DNA from: Actinomycetota bacterium
GTDB taxonomy: Bacteria; Actinomycetota; Acidimicrobiia; Actinomarinales; Actinomarinaceae
Assembly (NCBI GenBank): GCA_014384285.1
Contig: JACNGE010000014.1
Location: forward strand, 141,316 to 205,315
Length of the DNA stretch: 64,000 nt
Direction: 5' to 3'
The position numbers and the translations under genes were made by a program. The notes under the pieces were generated by a model. It did not search any database. It saw only the letters and a program-made list of their open reading frames with translations, and was not told where the DNA came from. Positions within the stretch are counted from its first letter, which is position 1, and every line of letters begins with the position of its first letter. Shown one piece after another: positions 19,082 to 29,629 of this stretch.

Positions 19082-20168
19082 TTTAATAATTGGATTAACT
19101 AAAGCTTTTTTGGTTTTAGGGCTTTTATTAACGAATACAATTTTACTGATTTGGCTTGAGAGAAAATTAGTAGCAGGAATGCAGTCGAGAGTGGGTCCAG
19201 ATAGAGCTGGTCCTTTTGGAATTCTACAAACAGTTGCAGATGCAGTTAAGTTACTTCTTAAGGAACAAATACTCCCTTTAAAAGCTGATAGGGCTATGTA
19301 TTTGTTGGCTCCAATACTTGCCCTAGTCCCTTCTTTTCTAATTTTTATGATTATCCCTTTAGGGCCAAGTTTTGACATTGTTCTTCAAGGTGAAAATGTA
19401 ACAGTTGACTTAGTCGGAGCAAATATAAATGTAGGAGTATTATTTTTTCTAGCAATATCCTCGTTAGCAGTTTATAGCGTTGTTCTTGCAGGTTGGTCAT
19501 CTGGATCTAAGTATCCACTTCTAGGTGGAGTCAGAGCTTCGGCACAGATGATATCTTATGAAGCGGCTATGGGTCTAGCTTTAGTGCCAGTTATTCTTTA
19601 CTCAGGTTCAATGTCGATGCAAGACATTGTTCAGAGTCAGTCAGGTTTTCTCTCGAGTCCGATTCCAATATTGAACTCAATAGTTAGTTTTATTCCTAAG
19701 TGGAATATATTTCCACAATTCGTTGCATTTGCAATATTCTTTATAGCCTCAGTCGCTGAGGTAAACAGAGCCCCCTTTGATTTAGTTGAGGCGGAGCAAG
19801 AATTAGTTGGTGGATTTCACACAGAGTATTCTGGTTTTCGATTTGCAATGTTCTTTCTAGCGGAATATATAAATATGTTTAATATGTGTGCGATTACAGC
19901 AACATTTTTTTTAGGAGGATGGTTGGGACCAACATTTTCAAATATTCTTCCACCTATTATTTCAGCGTTCATGCCTGCAGTTTGGTTAGGAGTTAAAACC
20001 TTCTCTTTACTGTTCATTTACGTATGGATAAGAGCTACTTTACCAAGGTTGCGTTATGACCAATTAATGGAATTAGGATGGAAGAGGCTTATCCCAATTT
20101 CTTTAGTTTGGCTTATACTATCTTCTATTGTTTTAGGAGTTAGAGAATTTGGTCTACCGTGGAGTTAA
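19071..20168 (+). CDS. nuoH: NADH-quinone oxidoreductase subunit H (operon 1)
   Basis: Contains WLERKLVAGMQSRVGP, NRAPFDLVEAEQELVGGFHTEYSG and ATLPRLRYDQLM. Confidence 0.95.
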   Translation: MSIDLIIGLTKAFLVLGLLLTNTILLIWLERKLVAGMQSRVGPDRAGPFGILQTVADAVKLLLKEQILPLKADRAMYLLAPILALVPSFLIFMIIPLGPSFDIVLQGENVTVDLVGANINVGVLFFLAISSLAVYSVVLAGWSSGSKYPLLGGVRASAQMISYEAAMGLALVPVILYSGSMSMQDIVQSQSGFLSSPIPILNSIVSFIPKWNIFPQFVAFAIFFIASVAEVNRAPFDLVEAEQELVGGFHTEYSGFRFAMFFLAEYINMFNMCAITATFFLGGWLGPTFSNILPPIISAFMPAVWLGVKTFSLLFIYVWIRATLPRLRYDQLMELGWKRLIPISLVWLILSSIVLGVREFGLPWS

Positions 20169-20171
20169 ACA

Positions 20172-20786
20172 ATGAGTAGTGGATATGATTTATTAAAGGG
20201 ATTAAAAGTAACTTTTAGAGAGCTATTCAGGAAATCGGTTACAGACAAATACCCTAAAGAATTTAGAGAAAAACCACAGCGTTTTCATGGAAGGCACGTT
20301 CTTAACAAGTATGAAGATGGTATGGAAAAATGTATTGGTTGTGAACTTTGTGCTGGAGCTTGTCCTGCACAATGCATATATGTTCGAGGTGAAGACAATC
20401 CGGAAGACAATCCAGTAAGTCCTGGAGAAAGATATGGGTTCATTTACGAAATAAATATGTTGAGATGCATTTACTGTGGTTTATGTGTAGAAGCCTGTCC
20501 AACAGAAGCTATAACGATGACTTCACTCTTTGAAATGAGTGTTACAGATAGATCTGATGCAGTCTTCGATAAGTCTGTCCTACTTGTTAAAGAAGATGGC
20601 TCAGCAAATACCCACGAAGAGCAAACTAAATTAACGAATCCAGAAGAACTGACCAAAATAGATGGATGGATGAGAGCAACAGCACCAAACGGTAATCCAG
20701 ATTTTGAGAATATTGTTGGCTGGACAAATACACTTGGCTACGGTGAGCGAGCACCTGAAAAAGGCCAAACATTGGAGGAAGAGTAA
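20172..20786 (+). CDS. nuoI: NADH-quinone oxidoreductase subunit I (operon 1)
   Basis: Two 4Fe-4S motifs, CIGCELCAGACP and CIYCGLCVEACP, followed by a C-terminal extension. Confidence 0.94.
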   Translation: MSSGYDLLKGLKVTFRELFRKSVTDKYPKEFREKPQRFHGRHVLNKYEDGMEKCIGCELCAGACPAQCIYVRGEDNPEDNPVSPGERYGFIYEINMLRCIYCGLCVEACPTEAITMTSLFEMSVTDRSDAVFDKSVLLVKEDGSANTHEEQTKLTNPEELTKIDGWMRATAPNGNPDFENIVGWTNTLGYGERAPEKGQTLEEE

Positions 20787-20789
20787 CAA

Positions 20790-21314
20790 GTGTTAGAAAT
20801 CTTTTTGTTTGCAGTCCCCGCTGGTCTTGTAATTCTTGGAGCTTTAATTGTAATTTTTGCAAAAAATCCAGTCCATAATTCGATGGGGCTTGTATTGACA
20901 CTTTCATCTCTAGCAATTATTTACATAACCCTGAATGCAACATTTGTAGCAATGGTTCAAATGTTAGTTTACGCAGGAGCTGTTATGACACTGTTTTTAT
21001 TTGTGATAATGATGATCGGTGTTGATAAACCTGAACAATCAAAAGAAGAAATAAAAGGACAAACACTTTTAGTTTCTGGAACCTTGTTGATTCTTATTGG
21101 AATAATTTCTTACGTTATAATTAGTTCTGGCTTTAAGTGGGATCTTTATTTTTCTCCAGTCGAATATAGTCTTGAAGGCACCCCTGATCTTATTGCCTCA
21201 ACCCTTTTTACAGAGTGGATACTTCCGTTCGAAATAATTTCGATATTGCTTATCGTTGCAACTACAGCAGCTATCGCATTAGCTTACGATACAAAAACAA
21301 GGAAACATAAATGA
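20790..21314 (+). CDS. nuoJ: NADH-quinone oxidoreductase subunit J (operon 1)
   Basis: Membrane subunit with the [20 protein letters not shown] block, in the expected operon position. Confidence 0.9.
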   Translation: MLEIFLFAVPAGLVILGALIVIFAKNPVHNSMGLVLTLSSLAIIYITLNATFVAMVQMLVYAGAVMTLFLFVIMMIGVDKPEQSKEEIKGQTLLVSGTLLILIGIISYVIISSGFKWDLYFSPVEYSLEGTPDLIASTLFTEWILPFEIISILLIVATTAAIALAYDTKTRKHK

Positions 21315-21619
21315 TTGAAGTTTCAACAGATTGGTATTTGACATTAGCTGCTGTATTGTTCTCAATTGGATTTATTGGTATGATGATTCGCAAAAACGCA
21401 CTAATCATGTTTATGTGTATTGAGCTTATGCTTAATTCTGTAAATTTAACGTTTATCACAGCATCAAAACATTTTGGAACAATAGAAGGTCAAATTTCTG
21501 TGTTCTTCGTTCTAGTTGTTGCTGCTGCCGAAGTAGTTGTCGGCCTTGCAATCATAGTCTCAATATTCAAAAAACAATCCTCAGCATCCGTAGATTTACT
21601 TAGAACATCGAGAGGCTAA
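21311..21619 (+). CDS. nuoK: NADH-quinone oxidoreductase subunit K (operon 1)
   Basis: 102-aa, 3-TM protein with the [11 protein letters not shown] and [11 protein letters not shown] motifs. Confidence 0.93.
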   Translation: MIEVSTDWYLTLAAVLFSIGFIGMMIRKNALIMFMCIELMLNSVNLTFITASKHFGTIEGQISVFFVLVVAAAEVVVGLAIIVSIFKKQSSASVDLLRTSRG

Positions 21620-21622
21620 GTA

Positions 21623-23512
21623 GTGGAAAATTTAATTTTCGTAGTTATCTTCTTACCATTACTGACAGCAATAGGTATTCAAATTATTTCAAAACTAGTA
21701 AATGAACTACTATTGAATTTTCTAACAATTAACTCGGCACTTTTATCTTTTACAACAGCTTCAGGAATGTTCACTTTTTTGCTTATGAATAAATTTGAAC
21801 CAATCCATTTAGAATTTTTTACATGGATACCAAACCCTGAAATATTATTTGAATTTACTCTTGATGGACTTTCTGGGATCATGATGATTCTTGTTACTGG
21901 ATTATCTGTAGTCATTCAAATCTTTTCTACTTCTTATATGAGTAAGGATGAAAATTACTCAAGATATTTTGTTTACTTTAATGTTTTTGTGTTTTCAATG
22001 TTGCTTTTAGTTATGTCAGGTAATTTTTTAGTAATGTTCTTTGGGTGGGAATTAGTTGGATTAAGTTCCTACTTATTGATATCTTTTTGGTCAAAAAAAC
22101 AATCGGCTGCAAAAGCAGGTAACAAAGCTTTCATACTTAATCGTATAGGAGACTTTGGGTTTCTAGTTGGTTTAATGTTGACTCTTAATACATTCGGAAC
22201 CTTCAATTATGAAAAAGTTTTTTCAGCTGTATTAAGTGAAAATCATGACAGTTTATCAATAATCGTAATTTGTTTCATTATTGGAGCATTTGGGAAATCC
22301 GCACAGTTCCCACTCTTTAGCTGGCTTCCAGATGCTATGGAGGGGCCAACTCCAGCAAGTGCATTAATACATGCAGCAACAATGGTTACTGCTGGTGTAT
22401 TTATGCTTGTAAGAATTTCTCCAATGCTGCAGTTCTCCGAGATTGGAAAATTAATTATTATTTCTACTGGATTATTGACAGCATTGATTGCTGCTTTTTC
22501 TGCAATCAACCAAGATGATATAAAAAAGGTTTTGGCTTATTCTACAATTTCACAGTTAGGATTTATGTTCATAGCTATAGGTTCAGGAGCCTACGTTGCC
22601 GCTATTTTTCATTTAGTAACACATGCATTTTTCAAAGCTCTCTTATTTCTGGGAGCAGGCGCTGTAATCCACGAGATGCATCACGAACAAAATATTCACA
22701 AAATGGGGAATTTAAAAACTAAAATGCCTATTACTGCGGCGATGATGGGTATTGGAACATTAGCTATATCTGGAATCCCCCCACTTGCTGGTTTTTGGTC
22801 AAAAGACGAAATACTCGCTTCGACCTTTTCTAATGGCGGAATTTACTACGGATATTGGGCTCTTTCATTATTAGCTGCTTTTATGACGGCTTTTTATATG
22901 GGAAGGCATTGGTTGCTTATATTTCATAAGGAAACAGGAAATGATATTAGTAGTGTGCATGAAGCACCAAAAGCAATGATTAGGCCACTTATAATATTAG
23001 GTATATTTTCTGTATTTATTGGATTTATAAATACTCCATTTTTTCATGGACTAGAAAAAGTTCTTGAAGAAACATTACAGTATGTTGACATAACTCATCT
23101 TCCAGAGGGAATTACACTAATCGTTCTAGCTCTAGTTTCTATCGGAGCTGGATTTAGCGGCTTACTATTAGCCTACCTTATTTACATTGTTGATATCTTT
23201 TCATATTTCAAGATAAAGATTCCATTTAAAGAAGAAATAAAAGAACTCTCTTCAAATACTCTTTACTTAAACAAATTGGGTGAGATTATATTCGTTAAAA
23301 GTATGAAATCATTTTCAAGAAAAACTGCAGTCATCATTGATGGGCTTATGATTGATGGCGTAGTAAATAATATATCAAGTTTGTTTTACAACTCATCTCA
23401 AAAAATCTCAAGATCTCAAACTGGTCTTGTGAGAAGTTATGTTGTTTATTTTGGTTTATTTATGCTTTTACTAATTGGATTATTTATAGCAACACCATGG
23501 ATGCTAAATTGA
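21623..23512 (+). CDS. nuoL: NADH-quinone oxidoreductase subunit L (operon 1)
   Basis: Antiporter-like subunit with WELVGLSSYLLISFW, GKSAQFPLFSWLPDAMEGPTP and HAFFKALLFLGAG. Confidence 0.95.
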   Translation: MENLIFVVIFLPLLTAIGIQIISKLVNELLLNFLTINSALLSFTTASGMFTFLLMNKFEPIHLEFFTWIPNPEILFEFTLDGLSGIMMILVTGLSVVIQIFSTSYMSKDENYSRYFVYFNVFVFSMLLLVMSGNFLVMFFGWELVGLSSYLLISFWSKKQSAAKAGNKAFILNRIGDFGFLVGLMLTLNTFGTFNYEKVFSAVLSENHDSLSIIVICFIIGAFGKSAQFPLFSWLPDAMEGPTPASALIHAATMVTAGVFMLVRISPMLQFSEIGKLIIISTGLLTALIAAFSAINQDDIKKVLAYSTISQLGFMFIAIGSGAYVAAIFHLVTHAFFKALLFLGAGAVIHEMHHEQNIHKMGNLKTKMPITAAMMGIGTLAISGIPPLAGFWSKDEILASTFSNGGIYYGYWALSLLAAFMTAFYMGRHWLLIFHKETGNDISSVHEAPKAMIRPLIILGIFSVFIGFINTPFFHGLEKVLEETLQYVDITHLPEGITLIVLALVSIGAGFSGLLLAYLIYIVDIFSYFKIKIPFKEEIKELSSNTLYLNKLGEIIFVKSMKSFSRKTAVIIDGLMIDGVVNNISSLFYNSSQKISRSQTGLVRSYVVYFGLFMLLLIGLFIATPWMLN

Positions 23513-24999
23513 GTACCCTAATTTACACACTTATCTTATTTCCCCTAATTGGAGCAATGGTAATTTTTTTGATGCCAAAAAATAGATCAGAGCTTTTTCA
23601 GCCTTTAGCAATTTTTCTTTCAATTATTCCATTTAGTGTGTGTTTATATTTATTTTCAAATTTAAATAGCAAGTCTTCTTATCAGCAATTTGATTCAATT
23701 AATTGGATAAGCTCTTATGGAATAAAAATTAGTTTTGGTTTTTCTGGAATGTCACACCTTTTACTATCTCTTACTTCAGTACTAATTTTGCTTTCATTCC
23801 TATCAGTCACAGATAAACATTCAAGAAGTAAAGGTTTTATTGGTTCAATACTGGTCCTACATTTTGCAGTAAACGGTGTCTTCCTAAGTGGAGATTTGCT
23901 GTCCTTATTCATATTTTTTGAAGCAATATTAATACCTATGTACTTTTTAATGGGAATTTGGGGTGGAGAAAATAGAAGATATGCCACAATCAAATTCATT
24001 ATTTATACAGTTTTTGGTTCTATATTTATTTTCATTGGAACAGTTTACGCTGGAGTAATTAGTTATTCACAAACTGGCACTTTAGCTTTAGATTACTTAA
24101 CCCTAACTAATTTAAGTTTCACTCAGGAACAGTCTAAGGCCTTATTTTTATTGTTTACCTTTGGATTTCTAGTCAAAGTTCCTCTTTTTCCTTTACACAC
24201 CTGGCTGCCAGACGCTCACGTTGAAGCTCCAACAGCTGGAAGTATTTTATTAGCAGGAGTGTTGTTAAAAGTGGGTGCATATGGAATATTAAGAGTATCT
24301 ATCCCGTTCTTTACGGAGGGATTTTTAGCATATAGAGAAGTAATAGCATTTTTATCGGTAGTTGGAATCATATATGGTGCAATTGTTGCAATCGCCCAGA
24401 TTGACATTAAGAAATTGATAGCTTACTCCTCAATAAGCCATATGGGATTTGTAATGTTGGGAATATCTGCAAGTACCCTCTTAAGCCTGGAAGGTGCAAT
24501 TATTCAAATGGTTAATCACGGTATAACATCAGGAGCACTGTTCATGCTTGTAGGTTTTATTTATGAAAGACGCCATACAAGAAGAATCTCAGATTTTGGG
24601 GGATTGAAAATTACTATGCCTAAATACGCAGCAATTTTCTTATTTACATCCTTTGCATCTATAGGACTTCCTGGATTAAACGGTTTTGTTGGAGAGTTTA
24701 TGATTCTTATGGGAGGTTTTAATACTTACAAATTATTAACAGCTATAGCGGCATTTGGGGTAGTATTGGCAGCTATTTATATGCTGTGGGCATATCAAAG
24801 AATGTTTACAGGTGAAATTCAATATGAACAAAATCAAAACCTACATGATCTAGATACCAGGGAATTATTCTCCGTTATCCCGTTACTAGTTTTAATGCTA
24901 CTAATAGGTATCTATCCTTCTTTTATAGAAAGTTATGTTTTGAATGATGCAAAATTTATTACAGATATAGTTGAATTATTTACTGGAGGTTTAGATTGA
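23497..24999 (+). CDS. nuoM: NADH-quinone oxidoreductase subunit M (operon 1)
   Basis: Antiporter-like subunit with VKVPLFPLHTWLPDAHVEAPTAGS. Confidence 0.95.
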   Translation: MDAKLSTLIYTLILFPLIGAMVIFLMPKNRSELFQPLAIFLSIIPFSVCLYLFSNLNSKSSYQQFDSINWISSYGIKISFGFSGMSHLLLSLTSVLILLSFLSVTDKHSRSKGFIGSILVLHFAVNGVFLSGDLLSLFIFFEAILIPMYFLMGIWGGENRRYATIKFIIYTVFGSIFIFIGTVYAGVISYSQTGTLALDYLTLTNLSFTQEQSKALFLLFTFGFLVKVPLFPLHTWLPDAHVEAPTAGSILLAGVLLKVGAYGILRVSIPFFTEGFLAYREVIAFLSVVGIIYGAIVAIAQIDIKKLIAYSSISHMGFVMLGISASTLLSLEGAIIQMVNHGITSGALFMLVGFIYERRHTRRISDFGGLKITMPKYAAIFLFTSFASIGLPGLNGFVGEFMILMGGFNTYKLLTAIAAFGVVLAAIYMLWAYQRMFTGEIQYEQNQNLHDLDTRELFSVIPLLVLMLLIGIYPSFIESYVLNDAKFITDIVELFTGGLD

Positions 25000-26468
25000 A
25001 CACTGTTTCTCAAATTATTGGCCTTAACTGGATAGTTATTGGACCAACTTTAGCTTTGGTCGCAACAGCGCTTGTTCTATTATTTTGTACTATAACTATT
25101 ACCACATCTGATGCAGTGAAAAAATTAGTCACCATTAGTGGAATAATTTTTACATTATTTACTGTGTTTTTAAAGTTTGGATTATTTTTGACAGAAGGTG
25201 CTTCTTCTTACTTTTCTGAAAAGATTTTACTGGACGAGTTTTCTCTCTTCGGAAATGTTTTACTTGGCTTTATTCTCTTGTTTAATTTTTATCCTATTTG
25301 GAATTCTTCTTTTGAACTAAAGGATAAGACAACGGAAGCAATCATCCTAACTCTTATGAGCACCGCAGGATTTATGCTTATGGTTGATTCCGAAAACTTT
25401 ATGATGCTTTTTATTGGTTTAGAAATTGGATCGATAAGTCTATATGCCTTAGCTGGAATTAATAAAGGTAGTCTATTAAGTAATGAAGCCTCTCTAAAAT
25501 ATTTCCTCCTAGGATCTTTAGCCTCTTGTGTTTTGGTTTATGGAATCTCGCTAATGTATGTTTCGCTTTCAGTTACGGGCGTATATGAAACAACTATCGC
25601 AATTTCTTTTATTGGAAGTGAAAATGTTCCTCTAACTACCCTTATTGGGATTTTGTTATTGATAATTGGCTTGTTATTTAAAGTAGCAGCAGCACCATTT
25701 CAATCATGGGCACCTGATGTTTACCAGGGATCACCTACAGGTTACGTTGGGTATATGGCTGCTACTGCAAAGGTTGCCTCATTCGTAGTTCTTGCAAGGC
25801 TTTGTATAGTTTCACTGGGATTTGTTATGGATAAATTTGAACTCTTTTTCTCCGCTATAGTAATTCTTTCAATATTAATAGGATCTCTTTTTGCAACTGT
25901 TCAAACAGATATGAAAAGATTAATTGCATATAGTGGAGTGGTTCAATCAGGATTTATCTTATCTGGAATGACTTCAGGAATTAATGGCACCAGCGCATCA
26001 CTATTTTATCTTGCAGCATACATACTTCAATTAATTGGAATTTTTCTTATATTCTCAACAATCTCTGGTGAGCTTACATCAGATTTTTCAATGAACAATT
26101 TATCAGGACTTTTTATTGAGAATAAATTTTTAAGTATATGTTTTAGTATATTCATGCTTGGCCTTGCGGGACTTCCTCTCACAAGTGGATTCGTTTCAAA
26201 ATTTATACTCATTACTAACCTTTGGTCTTATGAGAAATATATTTTAGTTTTTGCTTTGATGCTTTCTACCGTCGCTGGTTTTTACTTTTATTTAAAACCA
26301 ATATGGATTGCTGCAATTGACAAGCCTGAAAATACTATGGCAAAAATATCTCTTCAATTAAATGAAAAAATATCTATTGGAACTCTTGCTGCTGTAACAA
26401 TTCTTTTGGGAGTATTTCCAAATGTTCTGATTAATATTTCTCGCTGGGTTATAGAAAACTATCTGTAA
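24996..26468 (+). CDS. nuoN: NADH-quinone oxidoreductase subunit N (operon 1)
   Basis: Antiporter-like subunit with KVAAAPFQSWAPDVYQGSPT. Last of the 14 genes. Confidence 0.94.
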   Translation: MNTVSQIIGLNWIVIGPTLALVATALVLLFCTITITTSDAVKKLVTISGIIFTLFTVFLKFGLFLTEGASSYFSEKILLDEFSLFGNVLLGFILLFNFYPIWNSSFELKDKTTEAIILTLMSTAGFMLMVDSENFMMLFIGLEIGSISLYALAGINKGSLLSNEASLKYFLLGSLASCVLVYGISLMYVSLSVTGVYETTIAISFIGSENVPLTTLIGILLLIIGLLFKVAAAPFQSWAPDVYQGSPTGYVGYMAATAKVASFVVLARLCIVSLGFVMDKFELFFSAIVILSILIGSLFATVQTDMKRLIAYSGVVQSGFILSGMTSGINGTSASLFYLAAYILQLIGIFLIFSTISGELTSDFSMNNLSGLFIENKFLSICFSIFMLGLAGLPLTSGFVSKFILITNLWSYEKYILVFALMLSTVAGFYFYLKPIWIAAIDKPENTMAKISLQLNEKISIGTLAAVTILLGVFPNVLINISRWVIENYL

Positions 26469-26614
26469 TGTTAATCAAGCTTATACCTCCACCTACTTTT
26501 CAACATCAAGGAGGTTGGGACGAAATTCTTTTTTTCTTAGTACCAGCTCTACTTTTAACCTGGTTAAGAAATAAACAAAAGAATAAAAATTTAGATGAAC
26601 AACCTAACGATTAG
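26468..26614 (+). CDS. Unannotated 48-aa single-TM protein translationally coupled to nuoN-1
   Basis: Read by hand: its ATG shares an A with the nuoN TAA (TAATG). Translation is MLIKLIPPPTFQHQGGWDEILFFLVPALLLTWLRNKQKNKNLDEQPND. It has one hydrophobic helix followed by a K/R-rich tail. It is below the ORF-track size cutoff. Confidence 0.45.
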   Translation: MLIKLIPPPTFQHQGGWDEILFFLVPALLLTWLRNKQKNKNLDEQPND

Positions 26615-26674
26615 TTATTTACACAACACAAAAATGGCTAATGAATAACTTGCCACATTGTATAGAATAATCTC

Positions 26675-27388
26675 ATGATAGAAATTCATAATCTCACTAT
26701 GAAATACAAGAATGGAAAAGGTGTTGGAGATATTAGTATCTCTGTTGATAATGGCGAGGTTAAAGGGCTTCTTGGTCCTAATGGGGCTGGAAAATCTACA
26801 ACAATGAGAAGTCTTATGGGATTTCTAATTCCTTCTGAAGGCACACTTTCAGTAGAGGGGATTAATACAATTGAAAACCCCGTTGAGGCAAAAAAAATAA
26901 TAGGATATTTACCAGGAGATCCTCAACTTCCACAAAACTTAAATTCTAAGTCACTATTTAAACTTGGTGCAGACATGAGAGGTCATTCAACCGATTATGC
27001 AATGGAACTAGCAGATAAATTTGAATTAGAAGTTGACCAAACACTTAAAGAGCTATCTAAAGGCAATAGACAAAAAGTTGCTTTGATACTTGCAGTACTG
27101 CATAAGCCAAAGGCTTTAATTTTAGATGAGCCAACTTCAGGTCTAGACCCCTTTCATCAAAGAACTTTTTTTGAAATTATAAAAGAATTTGCAAACAATG
27201 GTTCTGCAATACTTTTATCATCGCATATTATTTCTGAGGTTGAAAAAGTTGCAGACTCAATGGCTGTTTTAAGAGAAGGTGCAAAAGTATATGATGAAAC
27301 TTATGAAACTTTTTCAAGTAAGGCTGCCGAACTAGGTGAAGACTTAGAAGATGCCTTTTTTAAATTTTATGATAGGAGGGAAGAATAA
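26675..27388 (+). CDS. ABC transporter ATP-binding protein (ABC-2 exporter type)
   Basis: Walker A GPNGAGKST, signature LSKGNRQKVALILAV, Walker B LILDEPTSGLD. Confidence 0.88.
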   Translation: MIEIHNLTMKYKNGKGVGDISISVDNGEVKGLLGPNGAGKSTTMRSLMGFLIPSEGTLSVEGINTIENPVEAKKIIGYLPGDPQLPQNLNSKSLFKLGADMRGHSTDYAMELADKFELEVDQTLKELSKGNRQKVALILAVLHKPKALILDEPTSGLDPFHQRTFFEIIKEFANNGSAILLSSHIISEVEKVADSMAVLREGAKVYDETYETFSSKAAELGEDLEDAFFKFYDRREE

Positions 27389-28209
27389 TGTTTAATTATT
27401 TGAAATACATGGTGACTGTCCCAAGAAAATTTATTTTAACCTGGACAATTTCTGGTGGGATATATTTACTAATTCTTCCACTAGCTTTTGCAAATTCAAG
27501 TGTAGAGAGTTTACTAATTGCTGAAAGAGAAGCTTTTAGAGGTATGTCTGAAAATGAAACAATGATGAATTTATTAGGAATTTCTGATTGGGACAATGTT
27601 TTTACATTAGAAGGTATGGTTACAACTTATGTAATGATTCCTTTCGTACCAATATTAATTGGTATAGCCACAATAATTCTTTTAAATAAATTGGGTTCAA
27701 AAGCTGAGGAAGATGGTACTTTTGAATTTGTTGCAGCATTACCAATGACACGAACAATTGTATATTTGACCCAATCAGTAGTAGCTGTGTTTTTTGGTTT
27801 GTTTGTAACCTTTGCGTGGACAAATATAATGTTTATTCCAATTGCAACTATGGAGTTAAGCCAGACTCTTGATTACATACCTTTGATGAAAGCAACCCTG
27901 CAGGGAGCTTTAGCTGGTGTTAGCTTTGGCGTTTTAGGTTTTGCCCTTGGAGCATATACAGGTAAATCCTCAATGGCATGGGCCTTTGGAGGTGGATTAA
28001 TGGCAATTGAATATTTATCAAATTCATTAAAAGGTACCAACGACTTCTTTTTATGGATTGATGACAATATCTCTTCTTTCGGTGCCTATGGCAATCCCTA
28101 TCAAGACGGTTTAATCGCTGGAGATTTATTTCTTGTAATAGTAAAAATCGTATTATTTTTAGCTATTGGTTTTATAGGATTCAAAAATAGATCACTAAAT
28201 CTAAGATAA
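27388..28209 (+). CDS. ABC-2 family transporter permease
   Basis: 273-aa, 6-TM protein whose start overlaps the ATPase stop codon (TAATG). Confidence 0.75.
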   Translation: MFNYLKYMVTVPRKFILTWTISGGIYLLILPLAFANSSVESLLIAEREAFRGMSENETMMNLLGISDWDNVFTLEGMVTTYVMIPFVPILIGIATIILLNKLGSKAEEDGTFEFVAALPMTRTIVYLTQSVVAVFFGLFVTFAWTNIMFIPIATMELSQTLDYIPLMKATLQGALAGVSFGVLGFALGAYTGKSSMAWAFGGGLMAIEYLSNSLKGTNDFFLWIDDNISSFGAYGNPYQDGLIAGDLFLVIVKIVLFLAIGFIGFKNRSLNLR

Positions 28210-28250
28210 ATTAACTTAATACAACTTCAGTAATCGCTTACAATTAGTTA

Positions 28251-28679
28251 ATGCCAACATATTCAAAAACAATAACCGTTAAAGAAGATATTAAAACATG
28301 CTTTGACTTTGTTGCAGACTTTAGAAATTTAAATAAGTGGAATCCTCATGATGAGGCTGAGCTTATTACTAAAGAGCCTTTGCGTGAAGGAAGTATGTTT
28401 AAGGTTAATACTGAATTCAACAATAGAAAAATGTTGCTTAAATATGAAGTTATTGAATGGGGCGAACCGTTAAGGGCATCACTAAAAACAGAAACCAAAG
28501 GGTTTGACATAATTGATACACTTTTTTTCTCAGCAACTTCAAAAGGTACTGAAATTACTTATTCAGTAAATATCAAGTACAAAGGATTGTATATGATTCT
28601 TGGGCTATTTTTAGGTGGAGTATTTAACAAGCTAATGGAGAATATATATAACCTTGAAGAAATTCTTGGCAAGCCGTAA
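28251..28679 (+). CDS. SRPBCC (START/polyketide-cyclase-like) family protein
   Basis: 142 aa with the typical N-terminus (I.V....CFDFVADFRNL.KWNP). Confidence 0.7.
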   Translation: MPTYSKTITVKEDIKTCFDFVADFRNLNKWNPHDEAELITKEPLREGSMFKVNTEFNNRKMLLKYEVIEWGEPLRASLKTETKGFDIIDTLFFSATSKGTEITYSVNIKYKGLYMILGLFLGGVFNKLMENIYNLEEILGKP

Positions 28680-29199
28680 GTTAATATGGATTTGCATGAC
28701 TCTCCTGTTGATTGTGGGTTGTCAGAGCAAAGAGGTGTCTCTAGTGTCTGCTTCAGGTGACGAGTTTCCAACAATACAAGGGAGAAATCTCAACAAGGTC
28801 AACAAATCTGTTCCTGAGGACTTTGTAGACAAAGATTTAATTGTAATTGTTGCATTTCAGCAATGGCATCAGCCTTTAGTAGATGAATCAATATCTTTAT
28901 TAGAAAACAATGGATTTGGTGATACACACAATATTATCGAAGTCCCAACTGTACAAAAGAGTTCTAAATTATTTGAAGTCTATTTAGATGGAATCATGCG
29001 AGCAGGAATCAGAGACGACAGAATAAGAGATAGAACAATTACTGCTTACGTTGACCTAGATCAGTTTTTAAATAATTTAGATATACCCTCTAATGAAACA
29101 ATATATTGGTTTTTGATTGAAAAAGATACCAAAAATATTCTCACTCGTGGATATGGAATTATTGCAGAAGAAGATTTAAATTTAATAAATTCTTTTTAA
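28654..29199 (+). CDS. Hypothetical lipoprotein
   Basis: Signal peptide with lipobox (LLLIVGCQS). The start is either TTG at 28654 or the in-frame ATG at 28696. I do not recognise a family. Confidence 0.6.
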   Translation: MKKFLASRKLIWICMTLLLIVGCQSKEVSLVSASGDEFPTIQGRNLNKVNKSVPEDFVDKDLIVIVAFQQWHQPLVDESISLLENNGFGDTHNIIEVPTVQKSSKLFEVYLDGIMRAGIRDDRIRDRTITAYVDLDQFLNNLDIPSNETIYWFLIEKDTKNILTRGYGIIAEEDLNLINSF

Positions 29200-29576
29200 A
29201 TGTATATTGTTGCAAGGTACACAACAACTAAAGCAAGTAATAACATTATTCCATTGAAAGCGCCTCTTACTGCCGCGCTAAGCTTTGTTGCATAGCTATG
29301 TAAAGCAATCACAATACCAGCTAATCCTAGAACCGATACTTCGATATACCAGTTAGAAGTAGTACTTTCATTTAAAAAGTAAAGCGTTATTCCAGTTAAT
29401 AAGGCTAAAAAGTAAGATACCCAAGAGACAGAACTAAAGTATCCTCTCAAAGCATCTGTAGTTTTTTTTGTAGGATCAATTTTATAAAGTTGTGGTGCAA
29501 AAACTGCCCAAAGAACCATTGATCCAAGCCAAATCGCTAGGCCCAATATATGCAAAAAATGTAGTACGTTTAACAT
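29196..29576 (-). CDS. Hypothetical 4-TM membrane protein (CopD/DUF4149-like by appearance)
   Basis: 126-aa open frame with four hydrophobic segments. The family call is tentative. Confidence 0.55.
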   Translation of the reverse strand: MLNVLHFLHILGLAIWLGSMVLWAVFAPQLYKIDPTKKTTDALRGYFSSVSWVSYFLALLTGITLYFLNESTTSNWYIEVSVLGLAGIVIALHSYATKLSAAVRGAFNGIMLLLALVVVYLATIYI

Positions 29577-29629
29577 ATTTCAATGATACAAAAGTAAAAA
29601 AGATATATATATTTGACTAATATTAAAAT

